Origin: Octopus vulgaris
Taxonomy: Eukaryota
Length of the DNA: 64,000 nt
Reading direction: 5' to 3'
NCBI GenBank assembly: GCA_951406725.2
Contig: OX597828.1
Coordinates: 36,952,001-37,016,000, forward strand
The translations under genes and the position numbers were made by a program. Positions within the stretch are counted from its first letter, which is position 1, and every line of letters starts with the position of its first letter. Positions 43,270 through 54,900 of the stretch are shown here, in pieces. The notes beneath the pieces were generated by a model. The model did no database searches. It was not told where the DNA came from and worked only from the letters and a program-made list of their open reading frames with translations.

Positions 43270-44070
43270 CAAAAAAAGCAACAAGGATATCCAGAGGTAA
43301 TGCAGTTCGATCGTTTCATGCAACTCCATTTAATTGAACAATGCAATCATTACATCAATATAAAATGCAGAGCAATCTTCAGCTGCACAAAGACATAGAA
43401 TTTAATTAAATTAGAACAGATGGTACATTAGTATAATTATAACTAAAATCTCCAATAAGTAAAAGAGATAGACAAAGAACATACTCCAGCATAGAAGTTA
43501 CTAAGTTTCCAAGATATACATTGTTACATACTCTGCCTGTCACGGATTTTTTTGTGATTTTATGGGGTCACTTTTAATTTATAGGCTAGTTTATCAAACC
43601 TTTGTATATCTAAGGCTGAGAGAACAGAGGGCAGTATCTGTTGGGGGTAGGGCTGAGGGAACAGACAGACATCATAGATGGTATAGTCATAAAAATCAAG
43701 ATTTATTAGAAGCAATATCATGAGGTTTAGTAAAGAAAAACTTAAACCAAGATGTTAGCTGACAATTAAGGGGGTCCCTACTAGCAGACCATTGATAATG
43801 AAACAAAGGAAGTCTTATGTAGTATTATAGTTAAATATTTTAAACAATGCTGCAATATTGTATACAGTTAAAGTTTAGGGTTATTCAGAGGATTATTAAG
43901 AAGAATATTATAACAAAAGGATAGAAATTTATGAATACTTTTGAGTATATACTAAACTTTTTCCACAGTAGAGGGAGGAAAAAATTATCCAGAAATAGTT
44001 TAATACTTATACTTATTGTACACCTAAATACTAACTCATCAGATGGTATCTGTGAATATAGATTAATTGG
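43267..44070 (-). mobile_element. Probable Penelope-like or non-autonomous retroelement 3' region ending in (TA)n
   Basis: Contains the 43300-43388 hammerhead about 35 bp from the TA tract. Its internal segment 43484-43748 is duplicated at 42323-42590. Confidence 0.45.
43300..43388 (-). ncRNA. Type I hammerhead ribozyme with ~58-nt stem II; U16.1 mutated to A
   Basis: Minus strand: stem I GTGCAG/CTGCAT; CTGAAGA; long irregular hairpin (TGC/GCA, CATTT/AAATG, ATTGA/TCAAT, TGTAA/TTGCA); GAAA; palindromic helix III CGATCG; then AA instead of TH. Confidence 0.7.
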
Positions 44071-44076
44071 TATATA

Positions 44077-44310
44077 CTTATTTCTTTACTACCCACAAGG
44101 GACTAAACACAGAGAGGACAAACAAGGACAGACAAACGGATTAAGTCGATTATATCGACCCCAGTGCGTAACTGGTACTTATTTAATCGACCCCGAAAGG
44201 ATGAAAGGCAAAGTTGACCTCGGCGGAATTTGAACTCAGAACGTAACGGCAGACGAAATACTGCTAAGCATTTCGCCCAGCGTGCTAACGTTTCTGCCAG
44301 CTCACCACCT
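44077..44310 (-). mobile_element. SINE family A copy
   Basis: Near-consensus head and body. Confidence 0.9.
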
Positions 44311-44467
44311 TTTTTAATTGGTATATACTGGTATTAATATATCCTTCAAGACAGTACTCCAGTATGGCCATAGGCCAGCGACTGGAACAAGTACAACAAA
44401 ATAAAGAGTGCTGTCTCTCAACAGCCCGCTCCTCACAATCCATTATTACATAACACAAGAAGATAAG

Positions 44468-44524
<57 letters not shown>

Positions 44525-44542
44525 ACACGCACACACACATAC

Positions 44543-44647
44543 AGGTGCGTCTCTGCGTGCGCATGCATGGGTGCATAGACACAGATATTGTGAAAAGAAC
44601 GTTCTCGCCCTCAACGGCATCACACATTTCTTTTGAAACGAACTTTT
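44543..44647 (-). CDS. Putative next coding exon (105 nt, phase 0-0): KSSFQKKCVMPLRARTFFSQYLCLCTHACARRDAP
   Basis: Acceptor atctcctttacAG and donor CCT|GTATGT. In frame with the upstream exon across a 786-nt GT-AG intron (44648-45433). Adds 4 more Cys. Confidence 0.65.
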
Positions 44648-44924
44648 CTGTAAAGGAGATATTTATATTGACATAACATACAGCTGTTTCTTTTGCTGGT
44701 AGACACAAGAATTTATGTGAACGCCAAAGTCAAGGATCTATGTATGTATGTATGTATGTATGTATGTATGTATGTATGTATGTATGTATGTATGTATGTA
44801 TGTATGTATGTATGTATCTATCTATATTTCATACACACACACACACACATGCATACACTTCACCATGCTATTCCAGCCGCCGGAAAATACACAAAGCATG
44901 TACTTTAAGTATATGTGGTTAATA

Positions 44925-44979
<55 letters not shown>

Positions 44980-45283
44980 AAGAGAGAGAGAGAGAGAGGG
45001 AGAGAGAGAGAGATACATATACCCTTGACTCTCCTTCTCTGTCTCTCTCTATCTCTGTATATATGTATGTATCTCAAAGATATGTACATATACACACGCG
45101 GATACGCACGCATATATGTATGCGTGTATGCGTATATACATGAACGTAAACACATGTTCACACACACACGCAGACACATCATACGCACATATGCATATAC
45201 ATGCAGACACACATATGATTGTATATGTATGTGTGTGTGTGTGTGTATCTCTGTGCACATACGTATGTGCATCTGTTTGTGTA

Positions 45284-45344
<61 letters not shown>

Positions 45345-45433
45345 GTGTGTATGTGTGTATGAGCATGCACACACATGCACACAAATACATAGATAATATA
45401 TACTCACGTACGTGCACACACGGACACATATAC

Positions 45434-45705
45434 CTGCATATATGCATAACAACGAAATATCTTGTTGCTAATACATGGAAAGTTACCAACAGCACATATC
45501 TCTGTTTCGTTCTGCTGACATTCCTGTAGACAAGATTCCGCCGTAAACATGCATCGCTCGTAGATGTTCGGGTCAGTGTGAGCAAGATGCTGGCGACTTG
45601 TTTCGATACTACTGGCTCCATCAGTGTAAAGTATGCGGCTGATGCTCATGATGGTGGCGGCAGCGGCTGCGGTGGTGGTGGTGGTGGTGGTAGTACCGCT
45701 GAGTG
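45434..45705 (-). CDS. Putative coding exon (272 nt) of an unknown Cys-rich protein: LSGTTTTTTTAAAAATIMSISRILYTDGASSIETSRQHLAHTDPNIYERCMFTAESCLQECQQNETEICAVGNFPCISNKIFRCYAYMQ
   Basis: Minus-strand acceptor ttttccttatttccAG and donor CAG|GTATAT. Only one of three frames is open across the exon. It is a non-repetitive island between microsatellites, encodes 6 Cys and ends in phase 0. Confidence 0.65.
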
Positions 45706-45759
45706 CTGGAAATAAGGAAAACGATGACGACTGTTCGGTTTACAATGACGCAGCTGATA

Positions 45760-46330
45760 CAGATGGTAATGAGGGTGATGATGATGACGGTGGTGATGAC
45801 GGTGATGATGAGGATGATGGTGGTGGTGGTGATGGTGATGGTGATGATGCCGCTGATGATGATGGTAGTGGTGATGAGGATTGAGAATGACGATTGTGAT
45901 GGTGGTGGTGATGATGATGATGGAAATGATGGTGATGATGATGAGGATGATGATGATGATGGTGGTGGTGGTGATGATGCCACTGATAATGATGGTGGTG
46001 GTGATGATGATGATGATAATGATGGTGATGATGATGACGGTGATGATGATGATGACGATGATGATGATGATGATGGTGGTGGTGATGATGCCACTGATGA
46101 TGGTAGTGGTGATGATGATTGAGAAGGACGATTGTGGTGGTGGTGGCGATGATGATGCTGATGATGATGCTGATGATGATCTTGATGACGATGATGGTGA
46201 TAGTGGTGGTGGCGGCGGTAGTGGTAATGATGACAATGATGATTGTGGTGGTGCTGCGCTCGTCGGCATCGGTGGTAGTGATGAACATTAAGGTGACGAT
46301 GCTGCTGCTGCTGATAATGGTGATGATGGT
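45760..46330 (+). repeat. (GAT/GGT)n low-complexity tract containing a ~240-bp tandem duplication
   Basis: gatgatgcc.ctgatgat..ggtagtggtgatga.gattgagaa.gacgattgtg at about 45843 and 46084. Confidence 0.85.
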
Positions 46331-46708
46331 GTTGAATTCGCCCCGGATCAGCTCTGTGTGTGTTATTGTTTTCGTTATTATTATGAAGGTATGGTATGAT
46401 CTGGGGTTTCTGGCTGTTATTTCTAGCCTTTCAAATGACACCACCGAGGATTTCTTTTTTGACTGAGTGGATGGCTTGTTGGATTATGAAAGAAAATTGG
46501 TGAGAGAGAGAGAGGGAGAGAGAGAAGGAGTGTGTGTTAGTGCGTGAGAGAGAGGGGGGAGTGTGTGTGTGTTAGTGCATATGAGGGAGTGACACACAGA
46601 AAGAGTGACATAAAGAGGGAGAGAGGGAGAAAGATTGAGGATTGAGAGAAAGAAAGAGGGAAAGCGAAATTGAGAGAGAGAGAGAGATGAATATGTCCTT
46701 GCAGTTTA

Positions 46709-47038
46709 AGGCGACTAGTTGGCAGAACCTTTAGTACACCGGGCGAAATGCTTAGCGGCATTTCGTCCGTCTTTACATTCTGAGTTCTAACGGCAGACGA
46801 AATACCTATTTCTTTACTACCCACAAGGGGCTAAACACAGAGGGAACGAACGAGGACAGACAAACGGATTAAGTCGATTATATCGACCCCCAGTGCGTAA
46901 CTGGTACTTATTTAATCGACCCCGAAAGGATGAAAGGCAAAGTCGACCTCGGCGGAATTTGAACTCAGAACGTAACGGCAGACGAAATACAGCTAAGCAT
47001 TAACGCCCGGCGTGCTAACGTTTCTGCCAGCTCGCCGC
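46709..47038. mobile_element. SINE family A head (+, 46709-46788) fused to an inverted copy (-, 46789-47038)
   Basis: Orientation switch at ctgagttc|taacggcagacgaaatacc. Confidence 0.85.
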
Positions 47039-47480
47039 ATTTGTCTGTAAAATATATTGTCATATCGCGTCGGTTGCAAGAATAAACAAACAGCGATAAG
47101 TTACAGCTACAAATTAGTATTTATAGCAAAGAGCTCATTCCAAGCAGGACATACAAACAATACAACAAACTTAGACAATTAGATACTTTGTTTCTCAATC
47201 AAAGTCTCATCATCACAAACATGATACCATATCGAAAACAAGACTAATAATGATTAGTGGGAGAGTACATCTCGTAAACCACGTTCAAGACAGAGCAATT
47301 ACTAAGATCAATATTCATGAAACGAACTCAATAACACAAAATATATTCAGCAAATAAACTGCTTACCAAAAGTAAAACAATCAAAATAAAAATAATTGAA
47401 AATAAAAATAACAAAAGGAAACACAAAATAATTAGAAATGGAAATAGGTAAATAGATTTAAATTAAATTAAAACACAATA

Positions 47481-47559
<79 letters not shown>

Positions 47560-47668
47560 CCTGCTCGCTTAGCCAAGCGGGGTGGCGTCATTCGAAGGCT
47601 AAAACAATGCGAACGCATTGTGACCAGCGATGTGTAGCGACATCTGATGGTCTGGTCAGTCACGTGAT

Positions 47669-47740
<72 letters not shown>

Positions 47741-47847
47741 TAATTATAATATAGGTTAAAAATCATTAATGATTTTACCAGGGGTCAGCGTGGAAATAAA
47801 ACCCTTATAGATAAATTTTACAAATATTTTATAATTATGTACATAAT

Positions 47848-48149
47848 TATTATAAAGCATTGGCTATAAGCCTCTCCAAGCGCTAGAAAAATAGACGCTA
47901 AAAGACACTATTACCATCTTAAAATCTCGAAGAATATCGTTGGTGATGAGAGTAGTAGGCAATATTTTCTTTACTTTAAGCTTGAAGCAGGATCTTGTAC
48001 ACGGTTAGCCAAAAGTTTAATTTATTATCTTTCTTTTGCTCGCCTACGACCCAGTGTGTTATTCTCGGAGATTTTAAGATGGTAATAGTGTCTTTTGGCG
48101 TCTATTTTTCCAGTGCGTGGAAAGGTTATAGCCAATCCGATTTTATAAT
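47848..48149. mobile_element. Inverted repeat with ~88-bp arms (47848-47936 / 48060-48149) and ~123-bp spacer, MITE-like
   Basis: gaaaaatagacgctaaaagacactattaccatcttaaaatctc is mirrored by gagattttaagatggtaatagtgtcttttggcgtctatttttc. Confidence 0.85.
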
Positions 48150-48169
48150 TACGTATATATATATGCATA

Positions 48170-48204
<35 letters not shown>

Positions 48205-48265
48205 GTATGTATACTTGTAGGTATATATATATATATATATGTGTATATATATATATATATATACA

Positions 48266-48316
<51 letters not shown>

Positions 48317-48334
48317 TACTCTTTACACTTATAC

Positions 48335-48742
48335 TATTTTACTTGTTTCAATCATTTGACGGCGGCCATGCTGGAGCACCGCCTTTAGTCGAGCAAATCG
48401 ACCCCGGGACTTATTCTTTGTAAGCCCAGTATTTATTCTATCGGTCTCTTTTTCCGAACCGCTAAGTGACGGGGACGTAAACACACCAGCATCAGTTGTC
48501 AAGCAATGCTAGAGGGACAAACACAGACACACAAACACATACACTCACACACATATATATATATATATATATACATATATACGACGTGCTTCTTTCAGTT
48601 TCCGTCTGCCAAATCCACTCACAAGGCATTGGTCGGTCCGGGGCTATAGTAGAAGACACTTGCCCAAGATGCCAGGCAGTGGGACTGAACCCGGAACCAT
48701 GTGGCTGGTTAGAAAGCTACTTACCACACAGCCACTCCTGCG
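48335..48742 (-). mobile_element. SINE family B, full length, ~180 bp before the satellite
   Basis: Near-consensus copy. Confidence 0.92.
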
Positions 48743-48850
48743 GTATATATAGGTATATATATATATATATATAAATGTATATATATATATATATATGTAT
48801 GTGTATATATATATATATAGGCATATATATATACATACATACATACATAC

Positions 48851-48925
<75 letters not shown>

Positions 48926-51900
48926 CAAATAGCCAAGCGAATAAGCAAAGCCAAATAGCCAACCCAAATAGCCTAGCCAAATAGCCAACCTATATAACAA
49001 ACCAAAATAGCCAACCCAAATAGCCTAGCCAAATAGCCAAGCCAAATAGCCAACACAAATAGCAAACACAAATAGCCAACCTAAATAGCCAAGCCAAATA
49101 GCAAGCCAAGAACAAATCCAAATAGCCAACCCTACTAGCAAACCAAAATTGCCAAGCCAAATAGCCAACACAAATAACACACCCAAATAGCCAAGCCAAA
49201 TAGCTTAGCCGAATAGCCAACCCAAATAGAAAACACAAATAGCCAAGCCAAATAGACAACTCAAATCGTAAACCCAAATAGCCAACCAAAATAGCCGAGC
49301 CAATTAGCCAACTCAAATAGCCAACCCAAATAGCCAACACAAATAGCCTGGCCAAATAGCCAAGCCAAATAGCCAACCCAAACAGCAAACACAAATAGCC
49401 AACCCAAATAGACAAGCCAAATAGCCAAGCCAAATAGCAAACCCAAGTAGCCAACCCTAATAGCAAACCCAAATAGCCAACCAAAATAGCAAACACAAAT
49501 AGCCAAGCAAAATAGACAACCCAAAAAGGCAAGCCAAATAGCCTAGCCAAAAAGCCAACCCAAATAGCCAAGAAAAATAACCAACAGGAATATCCAACCC
49601 TAATAGCCAACAAAATTGCCAAGCCAAATAGCCAACACAAATAGCCAACCGAAAGAGTCAACCCACATGGCCTAGAGAAATAGGCAAGCGAAATAGCGAA
49701 CCCAAATAGCAAACCCAAATAGCCAACGCAAATAGCCAAGCCAAATAGCTATCGCAAATAGCACACACAAATAACCAACCCAAAAAGCCAAGCCAAATAG
49801 CAATTTCAAATAGCCAAGCCAAATAGCCAACACAAATAGCCAACCCAAATAGCTATCGCAAAAAGATAACCCAAATAGCCTAGACAAATAGCTAAGCCAA
49901 ATAGTGAACCAAAATAGCAAACCCAAATAGCCAACTCAAATAGCCAACCCAAATAGCCAAAGCAAAAAGCCAAGACAAATAGCCAACTCAAATAGCCAAC
50001 CAAAATAGCAAACCCAAATAGTCTAGCCAAATAGCCAAGCCAAATAGCGAAACCAAATAGAAAACAAAAATAGCCAACCCAAATAGCCAAGCCAAATTGC
50101 CAAGCCAAATAGCAAACCAAGAAAGCCAACCCAAATAGTGAACCCAAGTAGCCAAACCAAATAGACAACCCAAATAGGCAAGCCAAATAGCAGAACCAAA
50201 TAGAAAACACAAATAGCCAACTCAAATAGCCAACTGAAAAAGCCAACCAAAATAGCCTAACCAAAGAGCAAACACAAATAGCCAACACAAATGGCCAAAC
50301 TAGATAGCCAGGCCAAATAGCAAAGCCAAATAGCAGACCCAAAAAGCCAACCCAAATAGCCAAGTCAAATAGCCAAGCGAAATAGCCTAGCCAAATAGCT
50401 AAGTCAAATAGCCAACCCAAATAGCCATGCGAAATAGCCAACTCAAATAACGATCCCAAATAGCCAACCCAAAAAGCCAAGCCAAATAGCCAAGCCAAAT
50501 AGCCAACCCAAATAGCCAACACAAATAGCCAAGCCAAATAGCCAAGCTAAATAGCCAACTCAAATAGCCAACCCAAATAGCCAACCCAAATACCCAAGCA
50601 AAAAAGACAATCCAAATAGGCAAGCCAAATAGCAAACCCAAATAGCCAACGCAAATAGCCAAGCTAAATAGCTAACTCAAATAGCCAACACAAAAAGCCA
50701 AACCAAATAGCAAAGAAAAATAGCCAACACAAATAGCCAACCCTAAAAGCCAAGCCAAATAGCCAAGCCAAATAGCAAACCCAAATAGCCAACGCAAATA
50801 GCCAAGCTAAATAGCTAACGCAAATAGCCAACACAAAAAGCCAAACCAAATAGCCTAGCGAAATAGCTAACTCAAATAGCCAACACAAAAAGCCAAACCA
50901 AATAGCCTAGCGAAATAGCCTACCCAAATAACAAACCCAAATAGCCAGCACAAATAGCCTAGACAAATAGCCAAGCCAAATTGCCAAGCCAAATAGCCAA
51001 CCGAAATAGCCAAGCCAAATAGCCAACTCAAATAGGCAAACGAAAAAGCCAACCAAAATAGCCTAGCTAAATAGCGAAGCCAAATAGCCAACCCAAAGAG
51101 CAAACACAAATAGCCAACACAAATAGCCAAGCCAAATAGCAAATTCAAATAGCCAACCCAAATAGCCAAGTCACATAGCCAAGCCAAATAGCCTAGCCAA
51201 ATAGCTAAGTCAAGCCATGCGAAATAGCCAACTCAAATAACGAACCCAAATAGCCAATAAAAATAGCCAACCCAAATAGCGTAGCCAAATAGCCAAGCCA
51301 AATAGCCAACCGAAATAACAAACACAAATAGCCAACCCAAATAACCAAGGCAAATAGCCTAGCCAAATAGCAAAGTCAAAAAGCCAATCCAAATAGCCTG
51401 GTAAAATAGCCAAGCCAAATAGCCAAGCCAAATAGCCAACCCAGACAGCAAACAAAAATAGCCAACCCAAAGAGCCAACCCAAATAGCCAAGCCAAATAG
51501 AAAACCCAAATAGCCAATCCTAATAGCAAAACAAAATTCCCAAGCCAAATAGCCAACCCAAATAACACAGCCAAATAGCTTAGCCGAATAGCGAACCCAA
51601 ATAGCAAACCCAAATAGACAAGCCAAACAGCCAACTCAAATCGCCAACCCAAATAGCCAACTCAAATAGCCAAGCCAAGTAGTCAACTCAAATAGCCAAC
51701 CCAAACAGCCAAACCAAATAAACTGGCCAATATCCAAGCGAAATAGCCAACCCAAATAGCAAACACAAATAGCCAACAAAATTGCCAAGCCAAATAGCCA
51801 AGCCAAATAGACAACCAAAAAAGAAATGCCAAATAGCCTAGCCAAAAAGCCAACCCAAATAGCCATGAAAAATAGCCAACACAAAAAGCCAACCCAAATA

Positions 51901-54900
51901 GCCAACAAAATTGCCAAGCCAAATAGACAACCTAAAGAGCCAAACGAAATAGTCAACCCAAATGGCCTAGACAAATAGCCAAGCCAAATAGCCAACCCAA
52001 ATAGGAAACTAAAATAGCCAACGCAAAAAGCCAAGCTAAATAGCTAACTCAAATAGCCAACCCAAATAACCAACCCATGGCTATTTGAGTTGGCTATTTG
52101 GCTTTGCTATTTGGGTTAGCTATTTGGGTTTGCTATTTGGGTTCGCTATTTGGCTTAGCTCTTTGGGTTGGCTATTTAGGTTGGCTATTTGGCTTTTTTT
52201 TTGGTTGTCTATTTGGCTTGGTTATTTGGATTGGCTTTTTGGCTTGGCTATTTGGCTTGGCTATTTGAATTGGCTATTTGGCTTGGCTTTTTGGGTTGGC
52301 TATTTGGCTTGGCTATTTGTGTTGGCTATTTTTCTTCGCTATTTGGGTTGGCTTTTTTGCTAGGCTATTTGACTTTTCTGTTTTGGTTGTCTATTAGGCT
52401 TGGCTATTTGTGCTTGCTATTTGGGTTAGCTACTTGGGTTAGCTACTTGGGTTAGCTATTTGGGTTGGCTATTTGGGTTGGCTATTTGGGTTGGCTATTT
52501 GGGTTGGCTATTTGGGTTGGCTATTTGGCTTGGTTATTTGGCTTGGCTATATGAATTGGCTATTTGAATTGGCTCTTTGGCTTGGATTTTGCGTTGGCTA
52601 TTTGTGTTGGCTATTTTTCTTGGCTATTTTGCCAAGCTATTTGGGTTGGCTTTTCGGCTAGGCTATTTGGCATTTCTTTTTTGGTTGTCTATTTGGCATG
52701 GCTATTTGTGTTTGCTCTTTGGGTTGGCTATTTGGGTTTGCTATTTGGCTTGGCTATTTGGCTTGCTATTTGGGTTGGCTATTTGTGTTTGCTGTTTGGG
52801 TTGGCTATTTGGCTTGGCTATTTTGCCAGGCAATTTGGGTAGGCTATTTGGGTTGGCTATTTGGGTTGGCTATTTGGGTTGGCTATTTGCGTTGGCTATT
52901 TGGGTTGGCTATTTGGATTGGCTATGTGTCTAGGCCATTTGGGTTGAATATTTCGTTTGGCTATTTTGGTTGGCCTTTTGGCTAGGCTATTTGGATTTTC
53001 TTTTTTGGTTGTCTCTTTGGCATGGCTATTTGTGTTTGCTATTTGGGTTGGCTCATTGGGTCTGCTATTTGGCTTCACTATTTTGCTAGGCTATTTGAGT
53101 TGGCTATTTGGGTTAGCTATTTAGGTTGGCTATTTCGGTTGACTATTTGGGTTGGCTATTTGGCTTGGCTATTTGAATTGGCTATTTGGCTTGGCTATTT
53201 GGTTGGCTATTTGTGTTGGCTATTTTGCTTGGCTATTTGGCTTGGTTATTTGGCATGGCTATTTGGCTTGGCTATTTGAATTGGCTATTTGGCTTGGCTT
53301 TTTGGGTTGGCTATTTGGGTTGGCTATTTGGCTTGGCTATTTGGCTTAGTTATTTGGCTTGGCTATTTGGCTTGGCTATATGAATTGGCTATTTGAATTG
53401 GCTCTTTGGCTTGGCTTTTTGGGTTGGCTATTTGGCTTGTCTTTTTTGGTTGTCTATTTGGCATGGCTATTTGTGTTTGCTCTTTGAGTTGGCTATTTGG
53501 GTTTGCTATTTGGCTTGGCTATTTGGCTTGTCTATTTGGGTTGGCTATTTGTGTTTGCTGTTTTGGTTGGCTATTTGGCTTGGCTATTTTACCAGGCAAT
53601 TTGGGTAGGCTATTTGAATTGGCTCTTTGGCTTGGCTATTTGGTTGGCTATTTTTGTTGGCTATTTTTCCTCGCTATTTGGGTTGGCTTTTTGGCTAGGC
53701 TATTTGGCTATTTGGTTTTTCTTTTGTGGTTGTCTATTTGGGTTGGCTATTTGGGTTTGCTATTTGGGTTGGCTATTTTGGTTGGCTATATGTGTTTGCT
53801 ATTTGGGTTGGCTATTTTGGTTGGCAATTTTGGTTGGCTATTTGTCTAGGACATTTGGGTTGGCAATTTTGTTGGCTATTTGTGTTTGCTATTTGGGTGG
53901 GCAATTTGGGTTTGCTATTTGGCTTGGCAATTTGGCTTGTGTATTTCGGTTGGCTATTTGTGTTTGCTGTTTGGGTTGGCTATTTCGCTTGGTTATTTGG
54001 ACAGTTTATTTGGGTTGGCTATTTGGTTTGGCTATTTGGGTTGGCTATTTGGGTTGGCTGTTTGGCTTGGCTTTTTGGGTTTGCTATTTGGGTTCGCTCT
54101 TCTGCTAAGCTATTTGTCTTTGCTAATTGGGTTGGCTATTTGGGTTTGCTGTTTGGGTTGGCTATTTGGCTTATCTATTTTGCCAGGCTATTTGGGTTGG
54201 CTATTTGGCTTGGGTTTTAGAGTTTGCTATTTGGCTAGGCTACTTGGCTCGGCTAAGCCAAATAGCGAACCCAAATAGCAAACCGAAAGAGCCAACCCAA
54301 ATAGCAAAGACAAATGGCCAAGACAAATAGCCAACTCAAATAGCCAACCAAAATAGCTAACCCAAATAGCCAAACCAAATAACCAAGCCAAATAGCGAAT
54401 CCAAATAGAAAACACAATTAGCCAACCCATATAGCCAAGCCATATTTCCAAGCCAAATAACAAACCTAAAAAGCCAACCCAAATAGCCAAACCAAATACA
54501 CAACCCAAATAGGCAAGCCAAATAGCGAAGCCAAATAGCAAACACAAAAAGCCAACCCAAAAAGCCAAGCCAAGTAGCCAACTCAAAAAGACAACCGAAA
54601 AAGCCAACCAAAATAGCCTAGCCAAATAGCTTAGCCAAATAGCCATCCCAAAGAGCAAACACAAATGGCCTAGCCAAATAGCGAAGCCAAAGAGTCAACC
54701 CAAACAGCAAACACAAATAGACAACACAAACAGCAAACACAAATAGCCGACACAAATAGCCAAGCCAAATAGACAAACCAAATAGCCTAGCCAAATAGCT
54801 AAGTCAAAAAGCCAACGCAAATAGCTAGCACAAATAGCAAACCCAAATAGCCAAGCCAAATAGTCAAGCCAATTAGCCTAGCCAAATAGCAAAGACAAAA

